From Spirochaetia bacterium (GTDB lineage Bacteria; Spirochaetota; Spirochaetia; CAKZLE01), in assembly GCA_963677595.1 (NCBI GenBank), contig OY782041.1, positions 1,120,001-1,184,000 on the forward strand: a stretch of DNA of 64,000 bases, in the 5' to 3' direction. The notes under the pieces are model-generated. The model did not search any database and was not told where the DNA came from. It saw nothing but the letters and a program-made list of their open reading frames with translations. The translations under genes were made by a program, and so were the position numbers. This document shows, piece after piece, positions 40,309 through 51,435 of this stretch. Position 1 is the stretch's first letter; every line of letters begins with the position of its first letter.

Positions 40309-41007
40309 ATGTCCTATTCCCTGATCATCTACGATGCCGACGGTACCCTCTTCGATTATGATTCCGCGGAGATCTGGGCATTCCGCATGATGTGTGAGGA
40401 CCTCAGGATACCATTCACACCTGAATTGCACCAGTCATACCGGTCAGTCAACCATGCCATCTGGAAGGAGTTCGAACAGGGTACGATAACCAGCGGGGAA
40501 TTGAAACCCGAGCGATTCCGAAGGCTGTTCGCCGTTAACGGGATCGATGCAGACCCCACTGCCGCATCCCCGGCCTACCTGGAGAGGCTCGGGGAGACCT
40601 GGTTCCTCCTTGAAGGGGTCCTCGAGCATCTGGAGAAGGTCTCGAAGCAGTACTCGCTCGCCCTGCTGACCAACGGCCTCGCTGCGACCCAGCGGGGGAG
40701 GCTCAAGGCCTCAGGGATCGGGAGATTCTTTGACCCGGTCATCATCTCCGAGGAGGTCGGCTGCCAGAAGCCCGACCCCAAGATCTTCGAGGTCCTCATG
40801 GGGAAGACCCCTTACTCCAACAAGGACGAAGTCCTGATCATTGGGGACAGCCTCTCTTCCGATATCGCGGGAGGTGTTGCCTACGGGATAGATACCTGTC
40901 TCTACGACCCGGGGAACCTCTATGGAACGATCCCAGAAGGGGCGGCAGTCCCTACCTGCAGGATGGGCAGTTATGGGGAGATCGAGAAGCTGCTGGGGTT
41001 GGACTGA
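40309..41007 (+). CDS. YjjG-like HAD nucleotidase
   Basis: DADGTLFDY, LTNG, KPDP.IF, IGDSLSSDI. Confidence 0.9.
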   Translation: MSYSLIIYDADGTLFDYDSAEIWAFRMMCEDLRIPFTPELHQSYRSVNHAIWKEFEQGTITSGELKPERFRRLFAVNGIDADPTAASPAYLERLGETWFLLEGVLEHLEKVSKQYSLALLTNGLAATQRGRLKASGIGRFFDPVIISEEVGCQKPDPKIFEVLMGKTPYSNKDEVLIIGDSLSSDIAGGVAYGIDTCLYDPGNLYGTIPEGAAVPTCRMGSYGEIEKLLGLD

Positions 41008-41106
41008 TACATGCTGCTGCATGATCATTCACTCTCCCCTTCCCTTATGAGACATTTGCCTATATGATATAAGACTTGAGGGATATATCTGATTAGGAGA
41101 GATGTT

Positions 41107-42739
41107 TTGTTTCCTGTAAAGAGCAAGGCAGCTGCCATGCTGTGCATCCTCATTCTGGCGTTAACCACAGCTGCTGCCGGAGAACACTCCAGAGTGGCAC
41201 CCCCATCTGCCGCCTATGATTCATTGGTCGTCCTCTGCATAGAGACCGGGATAGTTCCACCTCCGGGGGGACACTCCTATCGGCTCAGCTGAACTTGATT
41301 TCTTCCTCCAGAAGATCGACCCTGAACGGCTCTCTGAGTCCAGCAGGGAGCTCTTAGCCTCCCTCAGGGAAGCCTTGGACCGAGAGCCGCTTATACGCTC
41401 TGATGGACCTGCTTCACTGGATATCCACCCTGCATATACGTTCGAGGCGTATGCCCATACGAACAGTGCTGAGTTCACAACAGAAACCGACTGGGCACAG
41501 CGATGGGTCGACAGGGCGCCCATCATATCCATCCCCTTGGAGATCTCCTTCGGGAGGTTCCATGGGTATACCGACTTCATCATCAAACAGCGACTCCTCG
41601 ATTCCCTCACCAGTCCTGTTGGATTATATGAGGTGCCGTTCAGGACGAACAACACAATAACGGATTTCTTCCAGCTCGACCTGAATTGGCCCTATACGGC
41701 ATACGTAGCTGCCAACGGAAAGAACTGGGATCTCAGGATGGGGAGGGACCGTATCAGCTGGGGAAACGGGCATACCGGAAACCTGCTTGTCTCAGACCAC
41801 CAGCCCTTCCATGATATGCTGCTCTTCTCGGCTTGGAGCGACCTGATCGGTTATACTACCGGGCTGATCAGGTTCACCCCGCCGGACTGGGGTGACGGAT
41901 CAGGCCCAGGGCAGACCGAGACATCACTTGATGACTACAAAGCCCTGGTCGCCCATCGTCTGACGCTCCGCATTCCCGACAGCATCCAGCTGACGGTCAC
42001 CGAGGCGATGATGTTCCAATCCGATCACCTTGATATTGCCTTCCTCAATCCGGCGATGATCTACCACCAGTACTTCATGCGATCGATCTCCAACTCGATG
42101 CTCACCTTCGAGCTGGAGTGGGTACCTGTCAACAACCTCATGCTCTATGGCCAGTTCGGCATCGATGAACTGCAGATCCTCGGTGAGAGTACCTCAACGA
42201 CTCCCAATGCCCTCGGCTATCTCCTCGGAGCGGATTATATCCTCCCGCTGTCAGGCTCCCTCCTCAGGTTCTGGGGAGAGTTCGTCCACCTTGATCCCTG
42301 CTTCTACCTGCGGGACGGCGTGAACTTCATCACGCCGATACGGAGCCAGTATCCTGAAGGGAACTTCACCATGGTGGACTACTACCTCGGGTATCCCTGG
42401 GGCGGGGATCTCCAGACTGTCGCCTGCGGGGTTGACTGGGTCCCGGGTTCCGGGACGACAGCCTCCTTGAGCTATACCTACCTGGCCAAGGGCGAGACCT
42501 CACCGTCTTCAGCCTACCCTCCGGTGAATCCCCAGGCGACGGCCCCGAGCGGGATACCGGAGTATCGCTCGATCCTATCACTCGAAGGGGAGTTCCTGCT
42601 CTCCCAGAAGATCATCCCTGGGGCCGACCTGACCCTTGGAGCTGGATTAGCATGGTATGTAGTCCGGAACCGGGACCATGTCATCTCAGGTCCGGAAGCT
42701 GACCTGCAGTCTGTCATATCTGCATCAATACGATTTTAG
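41107..42739 (+). pseudogene. Outer-membrane beta-barrel-like protein (Wzi-like), paralog 1, frameshifted at G6 (41265-41270)
   Basis: Signal-peptide ORF 41107-41292 joins the downstream frame if G6 is read as G5; GRD..SWG, HRL, DP..YLRD shared with paralogs; ends ASIRF. Confidence 0.75.
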
Positions 42740-42750
42740 GAGAAAGAACT

Positions 42751-44481
42751 ATGAAAAAGATCCTGTACGTACTAATCATCTTCGGCGCAGCACTCTCATG
42801 CCTCCAGGCTGAGAACCTGCAGAAACTGTATGAGATCGGGGATCCTGTGTATACAGAGATGAAAGCGATCTACCTGGATGCAGGGATGGCCCCGCCGTCT
42901 TCGAGCGGCCCCTGGACCAGCGAGGAGATCCTGCAGATGCTTGACAGGATCGACAGGACAGAACTCTCTGACGGCATGAAAGACCTGTTTGACAATGTAC
43001 AGGGACGCCTGGACACCCCCGACATGAGCAAGAGAACATTCCAGGGGAGCCTGAGGGCATACCCGATCCTGGAACTCTATATGCACACAAACCCAGATGA
43101 CTATACGCAAGATGAGGACTGGGTATATGACTATGATGCCAGGCAGCCCCTGGTCGACATTCCCATCGAGACGTACATGACAGACTACATCTATGGGGCG
43201 ACCGACTTTGCTATCCTGAAGAACCGCTTCGGGATTGACGGGCAGGATGATGACATCTTCAGCCCTTCCTTTAGTACGAATTTTCCCTTCGACGAGGCTG
43301 TCGTGAACCACCTGGATCTCAACTTCCCAGAGAGAGCTGTTGCCAGTATCGGGATCGGGCAGCTGAATCTCTCGTTCGGCAGGGACGACCTCTTCTGGGG
43401 AAGCGGGCATACAGGCAGCATGACGGTGGGGGACCATCTCGACTATTATGAGTTCATACGCTTCATGAGCTTCCATGACAACTTCAAGTACACAGCGTTC
43501 TATGCCGGTTTCGACTCTCCGAGCTGGACTGATGCAGACCAGAACTCAACGATGGATGACAACGATACAGTTGGTGCACTTTACGATCCTGAAACTGAGA
43601 CTGTAACAACTACACCTCCACAGGATAATGATAACATCAAGCTCTATGCAGCACACCGGTTCGAGTTCAGGTGGTTCAATGATCGGGTCAACTTCAACCT
43701 CACCGAAGGCATGATCTACCAAGGTTCCACCATCGATTTCAGGTACCTCTCTCCGACCATGTTCTGGCATGACCAATTCATCAGGGGCAATGCGAACTCC
43801 ACCCTGGCCCTGGAACTCGAGGTCAACCCCTGGCGGTATATAAACACCTATGCCACTGTGCTGCTCGATGAGTTCCCCTATCCCGGGGAGGACCAGACCG
43901 CAGCAGGGGCCCATCCGAACGGTATAGGGATCCTCGGCGGGGTAGAGACACTCTATCCCCTCGGCCCGGGAATCCTGACCGGCTGGGTCGAATATGTCCA
44001 TACTGATCCTTACCTCTACCTGCGGGACAATGTCGATTACATCGTGAACCGGAGGATTTTCAATATGGAATATGGCTTCAGCGTCGATCGTAATTTCATG
44101 GGGTATGAGTACGGCAATGATGTCATCGTCCTGGCGGGCGGGTTCGAGTATGACTGGGCAGATATCCTGTCGGCGGAACTCAGCCTGACCTCTATGCAGC
44201 ACGGTGAGTTCTCTATGGATACGGATTGGGAAAAAGGTCCTGATGCCGTGAATGCCACAACACCCTATGATGACCCACTCACCCCGGAAACGATAGAATC
44301 TGCGTTGATCGTCACTGCCGGTTTAAAGCTATTCCCATTCCGCCTGATCGGGTTCGACCCGCTTGACGGCATGGGCCTGAGTGGCTCCTGCTCACTGCTT
44401 TCCCATACCAATAAAGACAACATCGACGGAAACAACACTTTTGACACCCAGATAACTGTCGGTATGAGTTACAGTTATTAG
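42751..44481 (+). CDS. Outer-membrane beta-barrel-like protein (Wzi-like), paralog 2
   Basis: Signal peptide, AENLQ, PSSSGPW, GRDDLFWGSG, HRFEF, TDPYLYLRD, C-terminal YSY. Confidence 0.8.
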   Translation: MKKILYVLIIFGAALSCLQAENLQKLYEIGDPVYTEMKAIYLDAGMAPPSSSGPWTSEEILQMLDRIDRTELSDGMKDLFDNVQGRLDTPDMSKRTFQGSLRAYPILELYMHTNPDDYTQDEDWVYDYDARQPLVDIPIETYMTDYIYGATDFAILKNRFGIDGQDDDIFSPSFSTNFPFDEAVVNHLDLNFPERAVASIGIGQLNLSFGRDDLFWGSGHTGSMTVGDHLDYYEFIRFMSFHDNFKYTAFYAGFDSPSWTDADQNSTMDDNDTVGALYDPETETVTTTPPQDNDNIKLYAAHRFEFRWFNDRVNFNLTEGMIYQGSTIDFRYLSPTMFWHDQFIRGNANSTLALELEVNPWRYINTYATVLLDEFPYPGEDQTAAGAHPNGIGILGGVETLYPLGPGILTGWVEYVHTDPYLYLRDNVDYIVNRRIFNMEYGFSVDRNFMGYEYGNDVIVLAGGFEYDWADILSAELSLTSMQHGEFSMDTDWEKGPDAVNATTPYDDPLTPETIESALIVTAGLKLFPFRLIGFDPLDGMGLSGSCSLLSHTNKDNIDGNNTFDTQITVGMSYSY

Positions 44482-44516
44482 GATCACAGACTAGGAATCG
44501 TATTCCCTTTGATTGT

Positions 44517-44544
44517 GAGCTGTCCAGAATCATCTGGGCAGCTC
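44517..44544 (+). terminator. Hairpin after paralog 2
   Basis: GAGCTGTCCAGA-atca-TCTGGGCAGCTC; weak U tract. Confidence 0.45.
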
Positions 44545-44654
44545 CATCCTATCCGGAATGATTTATTTTACTCATTAATAGTAAATACCTCTTGGGTCAT
44601 CCGCACATCAAATGGTACAATGGGAGCAATTGAACATTCAGGAGAGAAATTCCA

Positions 44655-46433
44655 ATGAAAAAACAACTCATCTTTCGACTGTGCGCACTAGCCCTATTCC
44701 TATCCCTGGTCATTGCGCCTCTGGCAGCAGAGAATTACCAGAAAGTGTTCCCGATCGATGCTGAAGAATACGATGCCGTCTGCTACCTGTATACCATACA
44801 GGGCTTGAGCCTCCCCTCGAGTTCCGGTCCCTGGAGTGCGGCGGAGCTTGCGAATATGCTGGACAAGATAGACAGGTCTGACCTCTCAGACGGTCTGAAG
44901 GCAGTCTATGATTTCGTCGATGAATCCATCAATGAAGTGAAAGACCATAGGATGTCCGACTCCCTGGCGATGTCCTATGACAATACACTCTCAGTAGAGG
45001 GGTATTACCATACCAACACGGACTCCTATATCGATGAGGATCTCTGGAGAATGGACTACGAAGCACGGAACGGTCTGTACAAGGGAGAGTTCGAGACCTG
45101 GGCTGCCGATATGTTCTACGGGGACTTCGACCTCGAGCTGAAGATAAACCCGTTCCGTGAGACGAATGACACCAGTGATATGTTCGGGGACTCGGCGATC
45201 ACGACGAACATCCTGATGGTCCCGCCATCAGTCCTCAATGACCTGAACATGAACATCCCCTACCGGGCCTTCGGGTCAGTCGGCGGGGAGAACTGGAACC
45301 TCCAGTTCGGACGAGACAACCTCTCATGGGGATCCGGGGAGACCGGGAACCTCATGCTCGGCGGCCAGCTGAACTACCAGGACTTCATCAAGTTCGCGAC
45401 CTTCCATGACAACTTCAAGTTCACCCAGGTCTACTCGTTCTTCCCGCACTCAATGAATTACCTACCTTCCAGTACTGCAGCTGTCTCCAGCATCACCCCT
45501 CTTGGGCAAGCGGACCCATGGCAGGGCATCAGGATGTTCATCGCCCACAGGCTTGAGTTCAGGATGTTCGACGACCTGCTCAACTTCGCGATCGGTGAAT
45601 CCATGATGTACATGTCAGAAGACAATACCTGGAACCTCGGGCTGCTCAACCCCTTCATGCTCTACCATGATAACTACATCCGGGCAAACTCGAATTCGAT
45701 GCTCTCCATGGAGCTGGAAGCCACACCGATCGACAACTGGAGCCTCTATGGCCAGATGGTCGTCGATGAATTCGCTCTGCCTGGGGAAGATAGTACAGGG
45801 GGGGATGCTCATCCAACTGCTTTTGGATACTTGGGAGGAGTGAAAACCGCCTATCCAATAGGAGATGGGATCTTCTACGGTATACTTGAAGGAGCTAAGA
45901 CGGATCCATATCTCTATTTGCGTGGCGATGGTCTCTCAGACTCAGATCAGGGTTATAATGAATATGGTATAAACTACGTTGTCGGTGTCCGATCATTCTC
46001 ACCGGACGGCAACATCTCGATCGATGAGGACTTCCTCGGCTATGAGTACGGCTGTGATGCCATAGTCTTGAACCTTACCGGTGGATACAAGGTATTCAAG
46101 AAATTCTATGTAGAGGGGACATTCTTCTACATGCTGCATGGAATCAATGACCTGCATACCCTTTGGGATAATGGAGCTGATGGAGAGGATGATCCTTGTC
46201 TTTACACAACCCCGAACACCAATGAAACAAACAATATCCTGATCTCAGGGGAAGCCAAAGACGCTGTCGAGACCACCCTCCTCCTCGAACTCAAGGGAGG
46301 CTACAATATCCTGCCCAACCTCGAGGTCTACGGGCAGCTTGACTGGGTAAGTAAGCAGAACTTCGGCAATGTCGAGACTAACGGCACCCAGACTGATACC
46401 CAGGTATCTATCGGTACCACCTTCTCCTTCTAA
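44655..46433 (+). CDS. Outer-membrane beta-barrel-like protein (Wzi-like), paralog 3
   Basis: Signal peptide, AENYQ, PSSSGPW, GRDNLSWGSG, HRLEF, TDPYLYLR, C-terminal FSF. Confidence 0.8.
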   Translation: MKKQLIFRLCALALFLSLVIAPLAAENYQKVFPIDAEEYDAVCYLYTIQGLSLPSSSGPWSAAELANMLDKIDRSDLSDGLKAVYDFVDESINEVKDHRMSDSLAMSYDNTLSVEGYYHTNTDSYIDEDLWRMDYEARNGLYKGEFETWAADMFYGDFDLELKINPFRETNDTSDMFGDSAITTNILMVPPSVLNDLNMNIPYRAFGSVGGENWNLQFGRDNLSWGSGETGNLMLGGQLNYQDFIKFATFHDNFKFTQVYSFFPHSMNYLPSSTAAVSSITPLGQADPWQGIRMFIAHRLEFRMFDDLLNFAIGESMMYMSEDNTWNLGLLNPFMLYHDNYIRANSNSMLSMELEATPIDNWSLYGQMVVDEFALPGEDSTGGDAHPTAFGYLGGVKTAYPIGDGIFYGILEGAKTDPYLYLRGDGLSDSDQGYNEYGINYVVGVRSFSPDGNISIDEDFLGYEYGCDAIVLNLTGGYKVFKKFYVEGTFFYMLHGINDLHTLWDNGADGEDDPCLYTTPNTNETNNILISGEAKDAVETTLLLELKGGYNILPNLEVYGQLDWVSKQNFGNVETNGTQTDTQVSIGTTFSF

Positions 46434-46457
46434 TACGCTATCAACCATACCAAGTAT

Positions 46458-46496
46458 GACCTGTGGGAATACCCAATTCCCACAGGTCTTCTTTTT
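46458..46496 (+). terminator. Intrinsic terminator
   Basis: GACCTGTGGGAAT-accca-ATTCCCACAGGTC then TTCTTTTT. Confidence 0.85.
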
Positions 46497-46713
46497 GCTT
46501 GAATCACATCGAATAAAAACGTGATGTTTGATCGCAGTGATAAGAGGTTCTTTCGGTGAGCAACTGGCGAACATGGTCAGGAGTTCTTCCTGCAGTGGCT
46601 CTAGAGATACTACCTTGTACCCCGTATGAAACCTTACGGCAACAGGACAAACTAAGATTTCTCTTGCCCCCTACTTCCCATCATATGGTAAGATGGTCTG
46701 GAGTAGGTATGAG

Positions 46714-48207
46714 ATGAAACGAGTTGTGATTGTAGAAGATGAGATATTAGTGCTGATGGGGATCGTATCCCTATTCGACAGTCGGGAAGATTATATTGTT
46801 ACCGGGAAGTATACAAACCCTGTTAAAGCACTGGATGAACTCATGTTCACGAAGCCGGATATCCTGATTACCGATATCAAGATGCCGAAGATGGACGGTC
46901 TCACATTGATCAGAAAGGCAAAGGACGTCTACCCGAACCTGCCGATCATCGTCCTGACCTGTTATGATGATTTCAAGACCGTGAGCAGTGCGTTCAAACT
47001 GGGTGTCCAGGACTATCTTCTTAAACATGAGATTGATGAATCGAATCTGTTCACCCAACTCGATGCCATACAAACTTGTCGGGATAGAGAACCATCCGTA
47101 CCCCAGCAGACATCGCTCGGGTTCACAGATTTCCTTAATCAGAAAGCCCAGTTACCCTATACCCAGGGAGTCTGTATTGTCCTGATCATGTTCAAGAAGA
47201 TCTATAATGACCATGCAGAACCTATACCCTCCTCGATCAACCTCCAATGGGCCCTTAACACGGTTCAGGAGATGATCCCCCCCTCCATTGGTTCAGTATT
47301 CATCTCAGGAAATAAGGATATCATCTGCATCCTCAATGCAGATACGACACTTACAGAAAAGCGCAACAGGATCATCCATGAGTTCCATAGACAATTATCT
47401 ACCGTGATCAACAGGCCTGTGATCATCATACGGAGCAGGAAAGCGACAAGCGACTCAATCTCGGAGGTCTGGTCTGAACTCAGTTCCAAACGGGCATGTA
47501 TCTATTACCGTACCTCAGGGGAGATCCTCGCAGCTGATTCTGACCGCTGCAGGATAACCAGGAGACAGCTTCAATTCCCGGATCCTCTCCTGATGTTCTC
47601 AGAACCAACAGAAGCCTCATGGGTTTCCGGTATGTCAGAACTTCATAGAGTTGCCTGTACTGAGAGAGTGGATCCCTCCATGCTAGCCTTGCAGCTTCTC
47701 CTGTACTGGAATTCTGTCAATACAATCATCTCTTCAGTGATCGACGTCCAGCAGAACGATCAGACCCCATCGATCTATGATTCGATTCAGCGTTACGATG
47801 ATACAGACATGCTCATGACCTGGTATATACGCATGCTCTCACAGCTTATCAGGGATATGCGTTCTTTCTCGGGCAGGAACCATACCATTATACATATCAA
47901 GATATACCTGCACAGACACTATCAGGAACATATTACGCTTGCATCCTTATCCAGGATGTTCAACCTGAATGAAGCATACCTTTCCGAACTCTTCAAACGG
48001 GAAACCGGGATAGGATACCTGGAATTCCTTACCTCCATCCGCCTGGATCATGCCAAGCGATTACTGCGGGAATCTGAAAAGACAGCTGAAGAGATTGGCT
48101 TCCTGACAGGGTTCCCCAATGCAAGCCATTTCTCAAAGACTTTCAAGCGGTTAACGGGAAAAACCATCACCGAATTTCGCGAAATACCCGTCCTACCTGA
48201 AGAATAG
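46714..48207 (+). CDS. YesN-like response regulator (REC + AraC HTH)
   Basis: VEDE, ITDIKMPKMDG, YLSELFKRETG, GFPNASHFSKTFK. Confidence 0.92.
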   Translation: MKRVVIVEDEILVLMGIVSLFDSREDYIVTGKYTNPVKALDELMFTKPDILITDIKMPKMDGLTLIRKAKDVYPNLPIIVLTCYDDFKTVSSAFKLGVQDYLLKHEIDESNLFTQLDAIQTCRDREPSVPQQTSLGFTDFLNQKAQLPYTQGVCIVLIMFKKIYNDHAEPIPSSINLQWALNTVQEMIPPSIGSVFISGNKDIICILNADTTLTEKRNRIIHEFHRQLSTVINRPVIIIRSRKATSDSISEVWSELSSKRACIYYRTSGEILAADSDRCRITRRQLQFPDPLLMFSEPTEASWVSGMSELHRVACTERVDPSMLALQLLLYWNSVNTIISSVIDVQQNDQTPSIYDSIQRYDDTDMLMTWYIRMLSQLIRDMRSFSGRNHTIIHIKIYLHRHYQEHITLASLSRMFNLNEAYLSELFKRETGIGYLEFLTSIRLDHAKRLLRESEKTAEEIGFLTGFPNASHFSKTFKRLTGKTITEFREIPVLPEE

Positions 48208-48354
48208 GACAGTATTCCTGAAAATCAGAACATATATGGTTGAGGTGTCCTGAAGAATGGGAAAGAGCATCAGAACAACCGCTATGGCATGGTATAGGAG
48301 GCAATACTAGACTGTAAAAAAACAGTTCAGTATTGAACAAAAGGAGATTCACGT

Positions 48355-49605
48355 ATGAAAAGATTTCTGACGATCTTCATGGTGCTGCTATGCACGATGG
48401 GAATGCTCTCCGCTATGGCTCAGCAGGAGAGTACCGATACTGCCGAACCCACGGTCATCACGATCTGGGAACATACTCCCCATTTCGAGCTATCACTCAA
48501 GAATACCCTGGAACGATTCATGGAACTCAATCCTGACATCAAGGTTGAGTATGAGATCAAAACACCTGACAATTACCTGTCCCTGCTGACCACTGCTATC
48601 CAGGCCGGGGAAGCACCAGATCTATTCTGGCACCATGGAACAGCCACCAGTGACATGGATAATCTCACAAGTCAGGGAGCTCTCATGGATCTCACTTCCT
48701 ACCTTGACCTCGATGGGTACTCTGAGATGTCCCTCGACAAGGTGCGTGTGAACGGGACAGTATACCAGACTCCTGCTGCCACCATCGACACCCGTGCTAC
48801 GTTCTATGACAAGGACCTGTTCGCTGAGAAGGGATGGGCAGTACCCAAGACGTTCGCCGAGTTTGAGGCACTTCTGCCGAAGATCAAGGCTGCAGGATAC
48901 ACCCCGATCAGCCTAGCCGGCCGGGATAACTGGGATATCCTCTTCCTCTTCGAACCCATCCTTGCCGCTATGCATCCAGACTGGATCCAGGAAGCCGCAA
49001 CCGGTTCAGCCCGCATCAACGACCCGAGGGTGATCGACGCATTGAACAAGATGATCGAATGGGGTAATAAAGGCTACTATGGGAGCAACTTCCTCGGTGT
49101 AGATGATGCAGGTCAGCTGCTTGCATTCTCCAAAGGTCAGGCTGCCATGACGGTTGCTGGATCATGGACGGCAGATACGCTTACCAAGAACAACCCTGAC
49201 ATGAACATAGGGGCATTCCAGATGCCTACTCAGGATGGTCGGTCCCCGATCGTCCTCACCTATGCAGCAGGGTTCTCCGTATATTCAAAGACACAGCATA
49301 AGGATGAGGCTGTTCGGCTTGCACAGTACCTGACAACAAAAGAATCCCAGCAGATCTGGGTAGACGGCCTAGGGGCCATAGCTGGACTGAAGGGTATTAA
49401 CTCAGGAAGCAAATTAGCTGATGAGATCGCAGACGCGAATCTTGAACTGGAGAGCTTCTACAACATCATGGTTCTTTACCATGCTGATGGCCAAGCCCCG
49501 ACAAAGGTCTGGGAGGAGGATAACCCGAAACTCCTTTCAGGTTCACTCACAGCCGAAGCTCTTGTGGAGATGATCGACCCCATGATGGATTATCCAAATC
49601 TGTAA
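48355..49605 (+). CDS. Carbohydrate ABC transporter substrate-binding protein
   Basis: Signal peptide, AGEAPDLF, FYDKDLF, PKTFAEF, AAMTVAGSW. Confidence 0.92.
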   Translation: MKRFLTIFMVLLCTMGMLSAMAQQESTDTAEPTVITIWEHTPHFELSLKNTLERFMELNPDIKVEYEIKTPDNYLSLLTTAIQAGEAPDLFWHHGTATSDMDNLTSQGALMDLTSYLDLDGYSEMSLDKVRVNGTVYQTPAATIDTRATFYDKDLFAEKGWAVPKTFAEFEALLPKIKAAGYTPISLAGRDNWDILFLFEPILAAMHPDWIQEAATGSARINDPRVIDALNKMIEWGNKGYYGSNFLGVDDAGQLLAFSKGQAAMTVAGSWTADTLTKNNPDMNIGAFQMPTQDGRSPIVLTYAAGFSVYSKTQHKDEAVRLAQYLTTKESQQIWVDGLGAIAGLKGINSGSKLADEIADANLELESFYNIMVLYHADGQAPTKVWEEDNPKLLSGSLTAEALVEMIDPMMDYPNL

Positions 49606-49616
49606 TGCCCACTGTT

Positions 49617-49644
49617 TCACAGGAGGGAATCTTCCCTCCTGTGA
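49617..49644 (+). terminator. Stem-loop after the SBP gene (stabiliser/terminator)
   Basis: TCACAGGAGGGA-atct-TCCCTCCTGTGA perfect 12-bp stem. Confidence 0.6.
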
Positions 49645-49678
49645 TAGGATAACTCTAGCTATCTGGAAGGACTGACTT

Positions 49679-50602
49679 ATGCGAAGATCACGTGCATACT
49701 GGGGATTCATCACCCCGGGTTTTCTTATTTACACACTATTCATGATAATCCCTCTCGGTATTGCATTCTATTACAGCTTCTTTTCCTGGTCAGGGATGGG
49801 CAGCATGACATTCATCGGACTGGATAATTTCAGGAAGATATTCCTTGAACCCAGGATGTCCTCAATCTTCTGGAATGCCTTGGGAAATAACTTCACGTAT
49901 CTGCTGGTCGCCGTGTTCATCTTCATCCCGATCCAGATCCTACTCGCCTACCTGATCCATATCGAGATCTCAGGCCATAAACTATTCAAGCTCATGATAT
50001 TCCTTCCCTATGTCATCAGCCCCTCCATCGTGGGTTTCTTCTCCCTGCTGGTATTCGACCCGAATATCGGGATGCTGAACACCCTGTTCTTCAACCTGGG
50101 ACTGAACCAGCTCGCAGGTGCATGGTTCGGTGATCCTGATATAGCCTTTGGCCTTCTCGTATCCATCATAGGCTGGCAGGGAATAGGTGTTGGCATGGTA
50201 ATCATCCTTGCAAACATGAAGAATATCCCCCAGGAGGTCATTGAGGCGAGTATCATAGACGGAGCAGCTTCCTGGAGACGCTTTTGGAGCGTGGAACTCC
50301 CCTTCCTCAAGCCATCCATCTTCAATGTCATTGTCCTCAGCTCGATCTTCGCCCTCACGCAGTTCGACCTGCCATTCGTGATCGGCGGGCTCAACGGCGG
50401 GATAGATGGAAAACTTGATTTCCTGAATCTGGTCTTCTTCCGGTACACATTCGGAGATTCCTATAATGGGGAGACGGCAATAGGCTTCGGGGCGGCTATC
50501 AGTGTCGTCCTGTTCTGCATCATCCTACTGATCTCCCTGACTCAGAGACTTCTCCTTACCAGACTGCTATTCAAACATGATACTGAGACGGGGGCTGCCT
50601 GA
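49679..50602 (+). CDS. Carbohydrate ABC transporter permease
   Basis: FIGLDNF, EASIIDGA (EAA loop). Confidence 0.93.
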   Translation: MRRSRAYWGFITPGFLIYTLFMIIPLGIAFYYSFFSWSGMGSMTFIGLDNFRKIFLEPRMSSIFWNALGNNFTYLLVAVFIFIPIQILLAYLIHIEISGHKLFKLMIFLPYVISPSIVGFFSLLVFDPNIGMLNTLFFNLGLNQLAGAWFGDPDIAFGLLVSIIGWQGIGVGMVIILANMKNIPQEVIEASIIDGAASWRRFWSVELPFLKPSIFNVIVLSSIFALTQFDLPFVIGGLNGGIDGKLDFLNLVFFRYTFGDSYNGETAIGFGAAISVVLFCIILLISLTQRLLLTRLLFKHDTETGAA

Positions 50603-51432
50603 TGATCATAAGAAAGAAATCAACCGGCAGAATTATCGCGACTGTCCTGCTGACCCTGTATTGCCTTATCGCAATCATCCTGATCGGGAATATGGTGATC
50701 TCTTCGTTCAAGACCAAGCAGGATCTTCTGTTCAACACGTTCGGCCTTCCCGCGGAGATAACCTTCGGCAATTACCAGAAGGTCATCATCGAAGATGAGT
50801 TCTTCAGGAACTTCTTCAACAGCCTGATCCTAACAGCCCTTTCGATCACGTCGCTTGTCTTCTTTTCCTCAATGACTGCCTATGGGTTGGCTCGCTTCCG
50901 TTTCCGTGCCCGGGGGCTGCTTGAGACCTATTTCCTCCTGGGACTCATGTTCCCGATCCAGATAGCCATCCTGCCGCTATTCATCATCATGAGAACACTC
51001 CACCTGACGAATACGTTTATCGGCATGATCATTCTTTATACAGCCAATATGTCGTTCTCCCTCTTCATATTCAACCAGTTCTTCAAACAGCTGCCTGGAG
51101 CCCTTCATGAGAGTGCATTGATTGACGGTGCTGGTGAATTCACCATCTTCTTCCAGGTCATGATGCCTATATCAAAACCAGTGATCTCGACTGTCGGACT
51201 CATCAGTTTCGTGCAGATATGGAATGACTTCTACCTTCCGCTGGTCTTCCTGACAAAGAAGGCTCTCCATACCATAACCTTGGCTATCTACCAATATCTG
51301 GCAAATTTCCTTGCGTACTGGAACTATGTCTTTGCAGCAGCTTCCATTGCCCTGATTCCTATCATCATTATCTTCTTCATATTCTCAGACCAGATCATCG
51401 CCGGATTGACAGCCGGGTCGATCAAGGAGTGA
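50602..51432 (+). CDS. Carbohydrate ABC transporter permease
   Basis: ESALIDGA, WNDF, GLTAGSIK. Confidence 0.93.
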   Translation: MIIRKKSTGRIIATVLLTLYCLIAIILIGNMVISSFKTKQDLLFNTFGLPAEITFGNYQKVIIEDEFFRNFFNSLILTALSITSLVFFSSMTAYGLARFRFRARGLLETYFLLGLMFPIQIAILPLFIIMRTLHLTNTFIGMIILYTANMSFSLFIFNQFFKQLPGALHESALIDGAGEFTIFFQVMMPISKPVISTVGLISFVQIWNDFYLPLVFLTKKALHTITLAIYQYLANFLAYWNYVFAAASIALIPIIIIFFIFSDQIIAGLTAGSIKE

Positions 51433-51435
51433 GTG

